A DNA stretch of 64,000 bases from Patescibacteria group bacterium (GTDB lineage Bacteria > Patescibacteriota > Dojkabacteria > J137): contig CAUJCN010000002.1 in NCBI GenBank assembly GCA_963169855.1, positions 197,508 to 261,507 on the forward strand, in the 5' to 3' direction. Shown piece after piece: positions 48,818 to 57,625 of the stretch (its first letter is position 1; each line of letters opens with the position of its first letter). The position numbers and the translations under genes were made by a program. The notes beneath the pieces were generated by a model. That model saw only the letters and a list, made by a program, of their open reading frames with translations. It was not told the origin of the DNA and searched no databases.

Positions 48818-50647
48818 ATGTGCGGAATTGTAGGATTTACAGGTAAGCCTGACAACGATACCCTTAAAAAAATGACTGATTGCATCATCCATAGAGGACC
48901 AGATGATGACGGATTTATCGAGACTAAAGCTTTCTCAATCGGATTTCGAAGATTGGCTTTTATTGACCTTACTGAAAACATTTATCCATTAGAGAACGAA
49001 ACTGGAAATGTAAAAGTTGTTTGTAATGGAGAAATCTATAACTATAAAGAACTTAGAGAAGAACTTATTAATAGAGGTCACAAATTCAGAACACAATCTG
49101 ATGTAGAAGTCATTGCTCATGGATATGAAGAATGGGGAATGGATGTTGTTAAATATTTAAGAGGAATGTTTGTTTTTGTTCTGTTTGATCAATTAAAAGA
49201 AATTCTATTTATTGCAAGAGACCGAATTGGAATCAAACCTTTCTACTATACAGAAGTTGATGGAAGACTAGTTTTCTCCTCAGAAATTAAAGGAATTTTA
49301 TCAGGCTACGATGTCGACAGAACTCCTGATGAAACTGCTGTTTACAAATTCTTAGCTTACAGAATTCACGATACAGATAAAAACACTTTCTTCCAAAATA
49401 TCAAGAGATTACTTCCTGGTCACTACATGGTTGTTGATGACAAAGGAAATTTTAGAACTGAAAAATTCTGGAACCCTACATACAACTCAAGTTTTTCTTC
49501 AACTAAATCTGACGAGGCTTACGCCGAAGAATTTAGAGAATTATTTGTTGATACTGTAGACAGACATTTACTTTCAGATGTTCCAGTTGGAACAACACTA
49601 TCTGGAGGTTTAGACTCAAGCGGAATTACATCTTTAGCAGCAAGACTTTATGCAGAAAAACAAAATCCAGCTCCGCTCTATTCATTCTCTGCTGTTCACC
49701 CTGGAGAAACTGTAAACGAAGAAGAATACATCGATGCAGTTGTTGACTACACAGGAGTTGAAAGCATAAAAGTTGCTCCAAGTGTTGATCAATTTTGGGA
49801 AGAATTGGATGAATGGACTTATTACCAAGAAGAACCAGTAATCAGTGGAGCGCCCTATGCATATTATGTTGTTATGAGAGAAGCACGAAAGAAAGTTAAG
49901 GCAATTCTTTCTGGACAAGGTGGAGACGAACTTTTGGCTGGATACATTCCTTATTTCATGAGTTACTGGCAGTCAGCAATGGATCAAGGAAAATCTCTTA
50001 AAGCTTTTAGTGAAGCATTTGCAGGAAAAGATTTGTACTTCAAATACCTTTTGAAAAAGATGGACGACTATCTTCACAGAGGTAATCAGATTAAAGGTGT
50101 TCACTTTTTGAATAAACCAGAAGGTTTTGAAATTCCTGAATTCAAACATAAAAGAAATTTGAACGAAAGGTTATTCGAAGATGTGACTTCTACAACAACT
50201 CCTTGTCTTTTGAGATACGAAGATAAGAACTCAATGGCAAACTCTTTAGAGTCTAGAGTTCCTTTCTACGATCATGTTATGGTTGAACACATTTTCAATC
50301 TTCCTATTGACCAGAAAATTAAACATGGATGGAACCGATGGGTTTACAGAAATGCGATGAAAGGATTAATGCCTGAGAAAAATAGAACACGAAGAAGCAA
50401 GATTGGATTTACAAACCCAGAGTGGGAATGGATCGAAAGAAAGAAGGAAAACTTCATAGAGATATTCAGTTCAGATATATTTAAATCCCGGAAATTCTGG
50501 GATGCAGATAAAATTTTAGAGGGTTTCAAACTTGCTTTGGATAACAAACTTAGAGGTGATATTTTATTCTTCTGGAGAGTCTTCTCTGTAGAAATGTGGA
50601 TGAGAACTTATGTTGATAAATTCGAAGTTCTTAAAAAGGAGAGTTAA
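48818..50647 (+). CDS. asnB: asparagine synthase (glutamine-hydrolyzing) family
   Basis: MCGI, HRGPD, NGEIYNY, RDRIGIKP, LSGGLDSS, GQGGDE, ESRVPF. Confidence 0.95.
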   Translation: MCGIVGFTGKPDNDTLKKMTDCIIHRGPDDDGFIETKAFSIGFRRLAFIDLTENIYPLENETGNVKVVCNGEIYNYKELREELINRGHKFRTQSDVEVIAHGYEEWGMDVVKYLRGMFVFVLFDQLKEILFIARDRIGIKPFYYTEVDGRLVFSSEIKGILSGYDVDRTPDETAVYKFLAYRIHDTDKNTFFQNIKRLLPGHYMVVDDKGNFRTEKFWNPTYNSSFSSTKSDEAYAEEFRELFVDTVDRHLLSDVPVGTTLSGGLDSSGITSLAARLYAEKQNPAPLYSFSAVHPGETVNEEEYIDAVVDYTGVESIKVAPSVDQFWEELDEWTYYQEEPVISGAPYAYYVVMREARKKVKAILSGQGGDELLAGYIPYFMSYWQSAMDQGKSLKAFSEAFAGKDLYFKYLLKKMDDYLHRGNQIKGVHFLNKPEGFEIPEFKHKRNLNERLFEDVTSTTTPCLLRYEDKNSMANSLESRVPFYDHVMVEHIFNLPIDQKIKHGWNRWVYRNAMKGLMPEKNRTRRSKIGFTNPEWEWIERKKENFIEIFSSDIFKSRKFWDADKILEGFKLALDNKLRGDILFFWRVFSVEMWMRTYVDKFEVLKKES

Positions 50648-51798
50648 GCTAAATCTAAGTAAGCTTTAGCGTTTGGAATAAGGCAGTTGAATCTCTTCTG
50701 CTTTACCTTTAACTTGTTGATTGCAACCAACGTAGAAGCTCCTAACGCAACTTTCACACAATCTTTACTTGCAGATAACGCTATGTACTCTCCGATAGAT
50801 TCTGTACCTCTATTGAAGTCTTCAATTTCGTATCTTCCCATTGGTCCATACCAAGCGATTGTTTTTGCACTTTCGATTACTTCTCTAAAAAGAACAAGCG
50901 TCTTTTCTCCAAGATCCACAATAAATTTGTTGTTTGGAACAACCTGAACGTCGTTATCAATAGCTACTGGGTTTTCTAGGCTTTCTGAAACAATATGATC
51001 AATTGGTAAAATCAATTGAATTTTCTTAGATTCTACTAGTTTAATAATCTCTTGAGTTTTCTTTAAAGCTTTTTCGTCTAGTTTTGTCTTACCTGTCTTC
51101 ACACCTTTTGCTGAAAGGAAATACAATGCCATTTCTCCTCCGACTAAGATCTGATTGAACTTAGTAACTACCTTTTTAAGACCAGTTAGTTTATCTAGTC
51201 TTCCTTCACCACCGATAATCAAAACAGCAGGTTCTCTAAAACCTTCTTTCATTTTCTCGATACTATCAAGATCCTTTTGATAACTAAGACCGTAGTAAGA
51301 TGGTAATTTCTTTTCTAATATTGAAATTGAAGCTAAAGATTCATCCCCACCGAAAGCTTCGTTTACAAAAGAAGTACAGTAAGTAGTAATCTTTTCCATG
51401 AAATTTTCTTTATCTGCTGGCTTACCTTTGAATTCTTCTTTGTGGAAATTCAGGTTCTCTAGTATAAGAACATCTCCGAATTCCATGAATTTAATTGAGT
51501 TGTCGCAGTTTGCAACATCAACGAATTTTATTGGTTTTGCCAGTAAATTTCCGATTGCAAATCTAACCTGCATTAAGGAATTCTCGTCGTTGTATTCTCC
51601 AGTCTGCTCGCCTAAAGAAGCTAAAATAACTACTTTTGCCTGAGCTTTAATTAGTTCCTGTAATGTTGGGATAAGATTTCTAATCTTCGTATCGTCAAGG
51701 ATTTCACCATTAGAAAGAGGCACGTCCAAATCAGCTCTGATAGCTACGATCTTTCTTGCGAAATTACCGTCTGAAAACCTTTTATAAGTTGTTGTCAT
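50644..51798 (-). CDS. pgk: phosphoglycerate kinase homolog, active site degenerate
   Basis: overall PGK layout (R.DL.VP, ENL.F, N.AFG, LPID, GPMG.YE) with substrate-binding basic residues replaced. Confidence 0.8.
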   Translation of the reverse strand: MTTTYKRFSDGNFARKIVAIRADLDVPLSNGEILDDTKIRNLIPTLQELIKAQAKVVILASLGEQTGEYNDENSLMQVRFAIGNLLAKPIKFVDVANCDNSIKFMEFGDVLILENLNFHKEEFKGKPADKENFMEKITTYCTSFVNEAFGGDESLASISILEKKLPSYYGLSYQKDLDSIEKMKEGFREPAVLIIGGEGRLDKLTGLKKVVTKFNQILVGGEMALYFLSAKGVKTGKTKLDEKALKKTQEIIKLVESKKIQLILPIDHIVSESLENPVAIDNDVQVVPNNKFIVDLGEKTLVLFREVIESAKTIAWYGPMGRYEIEDFNRGTESIGEYIALSASKDCVKVALGASTLVAINKLKVKQKRFNCLIPNAKAYLDLA

Positions 51799-51855
51799 AT
51801 AGCTATTATATCATTTTGCCAAGGTTTTTGCAATGGATGTCCTCGCCAATATCGT

Positions 51856-53073
51856 TTACTGTTCGATATTATCGATGTTTTGCCGAGTCTCAAAAGAAGG
51901 GAAAACAACTCCATCTTTTCGAAAAATCCCTGTGCCAGTAACGAATTCCAGCCCCTTACCCTTCATTTGTCTAAACAAATTTAGGGTGCTACTTCTAATG
52001 GCATCAAGCTTTTTAGGAGGCAAGTAGCCCAATTTCAAGAATAAATCGTTACCAAATTCTTCTATAATGTCCTTTTGATGCTCTGTAATTTCGAAGTAGT
52101 AACTTTTATTACCATGGCTTAATATCAAAAGAAACGGTTTTTTCTTTGAAATGGCAATTTCCATGCCAACGATCTTACTAGCAATCTCCAAGTTAATAAG
52201 GGTTAATTTCGTGGACTTTCCAAGCAACTCTCTATACCCTTGCATATTCACTATCTTCACAGAACTAGCGAGCATAGGACTTTTTTGAGCTACTTGTGCC
52301 AACCTCGAAAGAGTAATTTGATCGAATGCTTTAAATGCCTTTCGTAATAGATCTTCTCGGGCTAAAGGAAACCCTGTTCGAGTTGCGCCAGCAGGATAAC
52401 ATTGCTCAAAAGGAACTCTAGTATTTAGGTTCACCAGGATTTTGTTAGCTTCTGTTGTATGGGTAGTAACATCTGTAAAGCCACTTTGAATCCTCCATAC
52501 TTGTTCATCGATGTAGTCTCCTGTGAATCCTGCTATAAATTTTATATAACGATACCCTGCTTGGTTTCTTGAGCAAGCAAATTTTACTGTATTCGTTGTG
52601 GGATCTGTAAGAACATAGAAATAGAAATCTCCTCCTCCATAGATCGTATATTTAAATGATGCAGAGTCTAGTTTATAAATGAGCAACTCTTTCCCTTCCC
52701 ACCCAATAACATTTTTAGGATTGTAAAAACCTTTTACGTCATCAAAGAACTCACGGTTCATAATCTCTATCTTCTCTTCTAAATCATCTTCAGACTTGGA
52801 AATTACAACTCCACCTGAACTATTAAGCCTTCCCGGACTCAATTTCTTTATTCGCCAACCCTCATTTATGATTTCCCGATTGATTCTAGCCATCGAGATC
52901 TCAAGTGTTCTTGGAGAATATCCCCTAGAAAATCTTCGTAAGTCCCATAGATTTAAATGTCCTTTTCTGAGCAATTCATCGTAAAGAAAGTTGGTGATGG
53001 ATTCTATTCCTGCTGATTCTATTATTGGTATTTTGTTCCTAAGGTCTTCCATAAAAACGATTATAACTCTCAA
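51856..53073 (-). CDS. hypothetical protein, paralog of 53134..54327, possible tandem winged-helix domains
   Basis: shared GYS...EG.RI..L.PG...GG.VI...EDD and MK..G....GTG....FP. Confidence 0.7.
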   Translation of the reverse strand: MRVIIVFMEDLRNKIPIIESAGIESITNFLYDELLRKGHLNLWDLRRFSRGYSPRTLEISMARINREIINEGWRIKKLSPGRLNSSGGVVISKSEDDLEEKIEIMNREFFDDVKGFYNPKNVIGWEGKELLIYKLDSASFKYTIYGGGDFYFYVLTDPTTNTVKFACSRNQAGYRYIKFIAGFTGDYIDEQVWRIQSGFTDVTTHTTEANKILVNLNTRVPFEQCYPAGATRTGFPLAREDLLRKAFKAFDQITLSRLAQVAQKSPMLASSVKIVNMQGYRELLGKSTKLTLINLEIASKIVGMEIAISKKKPFLLILSHGNKSYYFEITEHQKDIIEEFGNDLFLKLGYLPPKKLDAIRSSTLNLFRQMKGKGLEFVTGTGIFRKDGVVFPSFETRQNIDNIEQ

Positions 53074-53133
53074 TCCTCTTTTCCGAGTATCTATTTACGA
53101 AATGAAGTTACAAAAATACTCACTAAAGTCTTA

Positions 53134-54327
53134 CTAGCTTTCCCATACGGGGACTGGAAATATCAGAAATCTGTCGATCACGCATCCAGTCCCATCTGCT
53201 ATGGCAATTCCGTCTCTTTTCATAGCTGCAACCAGTCCTTTAAAGTAGTAATGAATGCTATCGTAACCATTCGTTCGCGTACCACCATATAAAATCACAT
53301 CTCCATCAAACGCGCTGATTGCACTTGCTTGTAGGGTAGAAATTTCTGCTAGCTGTAGCTCTTTTCCATTGGATATTATTAAAAGCCTGGTTCGCTCTTT
53401 AAAGAGGTTAAGCGGAATCTTGAGCTTATGTATTACTTGAGCGGTATCTAGAGGGATAAGTTTAACTTCTCCTTGTTTAAAAGCTTTTTTGGTAGCTTCG
53501 AAAGCCTTTCCAGAAGAAAGAATTTTTTGAGAAAATTTTGATGGACTCATAGAAAACGAAACCCAGTTGCTTACTAGATCTATCCTATTTCTCAAAATAC
53601 TTAGCAATGGATGCTTTCCAAGCATGGTTTTTAGGTAATCTATCCTGGCATTAGAGTTGGTAATTATGGAATACCCTCCTGCATTCGTAGCTTTAAATAA
53701 TGGTTCCATCTGGAGAATTTTGCCTAATCTTTTTACTTCGTTAACAAAATGATCGTACTTGATTACTGTTGAGAGGGTCTCCCAAATTAAGGAATCGAAG
53801 TACTCTACTTCGGCATCGTTTAACCTTTGCAGTTGGATTCCGATCAATGAATTTAAAGTAGCATAAAAAAGTCTGCTTTTTTCATTCACCCTTACATACA
53901 AAGTTATTGACTGGACACTGTAGTCAGCATCTTTAAAGTCTTCAGTACCGAAATTGAATATCTGGACTTCTCCTTCTGATGTTTTATACGAAGCTGATGG
54001 TTTCTTTTGGAGCGATTCTAGCTGAGAGTAAAATCTTTCGTTAATTTGTTGGACATAGATTGATGGATCATCTTCAAGATTAATAATGACCATCCCACCG
54101 ATACAACCTCCTGAGCCTGGTCTAATTCTAACAATTCTCTTCCCCTCATCTTTTAATTTTTCATTTAAATAATGTTGAACAGCATCTTTATAACTTTCTG
54201 AATAACCTTTTAATAGAACTGACATATCCATCCGGGTTAGGAATTTCAGATCATTTATTACCTCTACTATCCTTTCCCCTAAAGCTATCTCATTATTGAC
54301 TGGCGGAATAATTGGGTCTGTAAGCAT
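53134..54327 (-). CDS. hypothetical protein, paralog of 51856..53073
   Basis: same shared motifs and similar length. Confidence 0.7.
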   Translation of the reverse strand: MLTDPIIPPVNNEIALGERIVEVINDLKFLTRMDMSVLLKGYSESYKDAVQHYLNEKLKDEGKRIVRIRPGSGGCIGGMVIINLEDDPSIYVQQINERFYSQLESLQKKPSASYKTSEGEVQIFNFGTEDFKDADYSVQSITLYVRVNEKSRLFYATLNSLIGIQLQRLNDAEVEYFDSLIWETLSTVIKYDHFVNEVKRLGKILQMEPLFKATNAGGYSIITNSNARIDYLKTMLGKHPLLSILRNRIDLVSNWVSFSMSPSKFSQKILSSGKAFEATKKAFKQGEVKLIPLDTAQVIHKLKIPLNLFKERTRLLIISNGKELQLAEISTLQASAISAFDGDVILYGGTRTNGYDSIHYYFKGLVAAMKRDGIAIADGTGCVIDRFLIFPVPVWES

Positions 54328-54332
54328 TACTG

Positions 54333-55862
54333 TTATGAAATACGAACTAGTTGTTTATTTAAAATTTCATAAGAATATCTTACATCTATTTTCTCTAAAA
54401 AATCTACATCGTGGCTTACAACTACAATCGCTCCTTCGTATTGTAATAGTAACTCAGAAAGCCTTTCTTTGGTTTCAATATCTAGGTTGTTGGTTGGCTC
54501 ATCTAAAATTACTAAATCCGACTGAGAAACCGTAGCCAAAACAAAAGCTAGTTTTGCTACTTCACCTCCGCTTAAACTTGCTGCTTTTGAATACTTGATT
54601 TGGTTCGAAGAGAACCCTACACTACTTAATGCTTTAATTATTAATTCATCCTCCATCTCACTAGTTACTTGTTTTACATTCTCTATTGGGGTTAATTCAA
54701 GATTTACAACATCATATTTTTGATTTACGAAGAGGGTTTTAAATTCCTTTCCATATGTTACTTCACCTACAATTTGTGACGAGTGAGCGTATGGCAAGTT
54801 CTTTATGAATGTAGTTTTCCCTGAGCCGTTATCTCCAGAAATCGATACTCTATCATTTCCGTATAAAGAAAAATTGATATTTTCGAGCAGAACTTTATCT
54901 TGCAATTTTAAGAATCCATTCGTGATGTTCACTAACAATCCCTTTCTATTTGATGATTTAAATTCAATAAATATCTTTTTTCTTTTTTGTTGAGAAAACT
55001 GCTTCATTTCAGATTCGTGTTCCGCTACTCCCTGCTCGAGTTTCGATTTTGCAGCACCGTGCTTAACTTGACCGCTAAGTTTAAGAGCATTTCGAACTAT
55101 CTTTGGCATACTTCTGTCGTTACTCTTAGCAGCTCTTGTTAGTTTTGATTGAGCTTTTTGAAACTTAATATTTTCTTTGTGTAGAGAATTTTTTGCTTTG
55201 CTAAGTTCCTTCTGTGCTGATTCGTATTTTCTTGCAATTGATTCTTCAGTTTTTCTTTTTTCTTCTAAATAGAAATCATAATCTCCTCCAAAGACTTTAA
55301 GATTCCCACTCTTTAGTTCCCAGATTTTGTTTACAGTAGAGTTTAGAAAGTTAATATCGTGACTTACGACAATGAATGTTAGATTTTCCTTAATAAGGTA
55401 GTTCGACAAAAAGTTCATTGATTTCTTATCTAGATGATTAGTCGGTTCATCTAAAAGTAAAACATCCGGATTTTGATGCAATGCTATACAGATTTTAAGC
55501 TTCATTAGCTCTCCTCCACTTAAGCAACTCAGTTTCGAATCCTCGGATATTTTTGTTTGAAAGATTTCTTCTATTTTTGAGAATATTTCCCACCACTCTT
55601 CAGTGATTCTTGATAAGTACTGGTAAACCAATTCCTCGCTTCTATATTCGTCGAAATCCAGTTGACTTACATAAACGACTTTAACTTCGTTACCTGCATT
55701 GTTTTTTATTGCTTTCAGCAGAGTGGATTTACCAGTTCCGTTAACACCTATAAGACCAATGTGATCACCTTGTAGAACTGATCCGCTAACTGCGTTCAGA
55801 ATTTCCCTATCGAATGATAGGTTAAGATTATTGAATGTTATTAATGATTTTTGATTATGCAT
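54333..55862 (-). CDS. ABC-F family ATPase (ribosomal protection-like)
   Basis: two NBDs (GVNGTGKST/LSGGE/LDEPTNHLD; GDNGSGKTT/LSGGE/LDEPTNNLD), long linker, no TM. Confidence 0.92.
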   Translation of the reverse strand: MHNQKSLITFNNLNLSFDREILNAVSGSVLQGDHIGLIGVNGTGKSTLLKAIKNNAGNEVKVVYVSQLDFDEYRSEELVYQYLSRITEEWWEIFSKIEEIFQTKISEDSKLSCLSGGELMKLKICIALHQNPDVLLLDEPTNHLDKKSMNFLSNYLIKENLTFIVVSHDINFLNSTVNKIWELKSGNLKVFGGDYDFYLEEKRKTEESIARKYESAQKELSKAKNSLHKENIKFQKAQSKLTRAAKSNDRSMPKIVRNALKLSGQVKHGAAKSKLEQGVAEHESEMKQFSQQKRKKIFIEFKSSNRKGLLVNITNGFLKLQDKVLLENINFSLYGNDRVSISGDNGSGKTTFIKNLPYAHSSQIVGEVTYGKEFKTLFVNQKYDVVNLELTPIENVKQVTSEMEDELIIKALSSVGFSSNQIKYSKAASLSGGEVAKLAFVLATVSQSDLVILDEPTNNLDIETKERLSELLLQYEGAIVVVSHDVDFLEKIDVRYSYEILNKQLVRIS

Positions 55863-55938
55863 AATTCCAGATTAACAAAGTAAAGTTTGCTGGAACTTGC
55901 TGAAGATATAGAAAATCTAACTCAACGAGTTTCAGCGA

Positions 55939-55962
55939 TTAGTTGTTTACTTTATTTCGCAT
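55939..55962 (-). CDS. putative leader peptide MRNKVNN of the ABC-F gene
   Basis: ATG CGA AAT AAA GTA AAC AAC TAA inside a leader that pairs with the ABC-F start region. Confidence 0.6.
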   Translation of the reverse strand: MRNKVNN

Positions 55963-56002
55963 CGGAATTAGTTAATCTTAAAAATGTTTACTGTGTGTAA
56001 TA

Positions 56003-56073
56003 TTCGGAGACTAGGATTCGAACCTAGACAAGCAGCTTCAAAGGCTGCGGTCCTACCATTAGACGATCTCCGA
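56003..56073 (-). tRNA. tRNA-Gln(TTG)
   Basis: TCGGAGA...GCAGC-CTTTGAA-GCTGC...CTAGG-TTCGAAT-CCTAG-TCTCCGA-A; U1-A72. Confidence 0.96.
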
Positions 56074-56091
56074 ATACTACACACATTCTTT

Positions 56092-56176
56092 TTGCGGGAC
56101 TAGCCCCGTATCCAGTACGGGGGAACCTAGACAAGCAGCTTCAAAGGCTGCGGTCCTACCATTAGACGATCCCGCA
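56092..56176 (-). tRNA. tRNA-Gln(TTG) copy with 19-nt palindromic insertion in the T-loop (possibly pseudo-tRNA)
   Basis: D arm and anticodon arm identical to 56003..56073; GAATC replaced by CCCCGTACTGGATACGGGG. Confidence 0.85.
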
Positions 56177-56244
56177 ATAATGCATAGCATTTTATCAATA
56201 AAAGCTAAAAGATAGAAGTGCCAATATGCCTAATATTACTATTC

Positions 56245-56562
56245 TTATGAGGCATCTCGTAAGGAGAATACATACCCTTTAAATGAAGTTGTGCTTTCTT
56301 CAGACCTTCTCCAAGTTCTACCATCAAATTCACTATAGAACTCTCCAAAGGATGATGGTCCAAACCTGGATCCTACAGTACCTTCGAATTCTAACTTAAT
56401 AGCTCCATTGAGAGCCGATTCTAATTGGCTAGGTGGCAATAGCTGCTTTAATGTATTTTCTGGTATAACAAGTTGAAATGACATTCCAATCTGCTCTCTT
56501 AATGCTTGTAACTTTTCTACTAAAATACTAATTGCTCCAATTAAGTTCATCGAGTTAGCCAC
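56245..56562 (-). CDS. hypothetical protein
   Basis: 105-aa ORF. Confidence 0.55.
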   Translation of the reverse strand: MANSMNLIGAISILVEKLQALREQIGMSFQLVIPENTLKQLLPPSQLESALNGAIKLEFEGTVGSRFGPSSFGEFYSEFDGRTWRRSEESTTSFKGYVFSLRDAS

Positions 56563-56630
56563 TCCGTACTTTCCATAGTGTATATACTCTTGATATTCTA
56601 CACTTTTTTATGGAGAGGATCTAAGCAAAC

Positions 56631-57362
56631 TTAAAATTCTTCAACTTTCACCAATTGAAGCGAATCGTCTTTTGCCACAACCGTGTAATGATTGTGTAGT
56701 TTTAAATCTATGTGTAGTTTTTCCAGAAATTTTCTAACCTGAGAAGTTAATACCTGTATGTACGATCTTGTTAATTCTTCTCCAAAACAGTTTGCAGTAA
56801 TGTTTTCGATTGTTACAGGTCCAGCCTCTATTGTAGGTAACAGAAACTTTAACAGGAATTCCATTTTGGATTTACTCTTATATAAAAAGTTTTCAATCAA
56901 CGCAATATCTTCATCAATTTTGTTATCTCTTTTCTGTCTTTCAAGAGTAATTTTACTTTGTAATCTTTTCTGAAAAAGAAAAACGACATCCAAGTATTCT
57001 AAATGACCACCAATTACTGCTCTAAGGTAGTACAAAATATGCTGCACTGTTTTTATCTCATTTTTATCCACTTCGTAGTAGTGACTAAAAGAGTCTAATA
57101 TATCTGAAAAAAGCTCTGCCCAATCGCTTACAACTCCAAACTTCTCTTCAGAATTTGCATGGATTCTTCGAACTTTACTTTCCCATATTCTCAAAATGTC
57201 ACAAACATAATTAAACAACTTTGGTGATTGAGTATTGAACTCCGTGAGTTGTTCTCGGAAATTTACCGATTCGGTTGTGAAAATATATCTTAAATCTACA
57301 GAGTCATTCAAAGGCTGTCTTTTCGTATCTAATCTTTGTCGCTCTGAAAATGTTGCTCCCAT
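56631..57362 (-). CDS. hypothetical protein with C-terminal OmpR-like winged helix
   Basis: VTIENIT...FG....SYIQVLTSQVRKFL. Confidence 0.6.
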   Translation of the reverse strand: MGATFSERQRLDTKRQPLNDSVDLRYIFTTESVNFREQLTEFNTQSPKLFNYVCDILRIWESKVRRIHANSEEKFGVVSDWAELFSDILDSFSHYYEVDKNEIKTVQHILYYLRAVIGGHLEYLDVVFLFQKRLQSKITLERQKRDNKIDEDIALIENFLYKSKSKMEFLLKFLLPTIEAGPVTIENITANCFGEELTRSYIQVLTSQVRKFLEKLHIDLKLHNHYTVVAKDDSLQLVKVEEF

Positions 57363-57379
57363 AATGCATAATTTTTGTG

Positions 57380-57407
57380 ATTATACTATCAATTCTTCTG
57401 ACGTCAA
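57380..57407 (-). promoter_or_regulatory. sigma70 promoter of 56631..57362
   Basis: TTGACG-N16-TATAAT. Confidence 0.6.
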
Positions 57408-57625
57408 TACGGTTGAATTTAGTTTAAATACTGTATTCTGAAATTTAGCTACAAAGAAGATTTCAGTACCGCATTGGGAATTTTTGAAATGAGCTAAGAA
57501 CTCTCCTTTAGAGTATTCAGCGTATTCTTTTGTCTCCTGTGGTGACATCTCCACAAAGCCTATATAACTGCTATATTATAGCATAGCAAGTCGCTATATA
57601 TCGGCATCAGGGAATAGTTTTAGCT

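Noticed and set aside
57462-57548. 28-aa ORF MSPQETKEYAEYSKGEFLAHFKKFPMRY (minus strand)
   Set aside because: Too short, with no recognisable motif; may be a gene remnant but cannot be supported.
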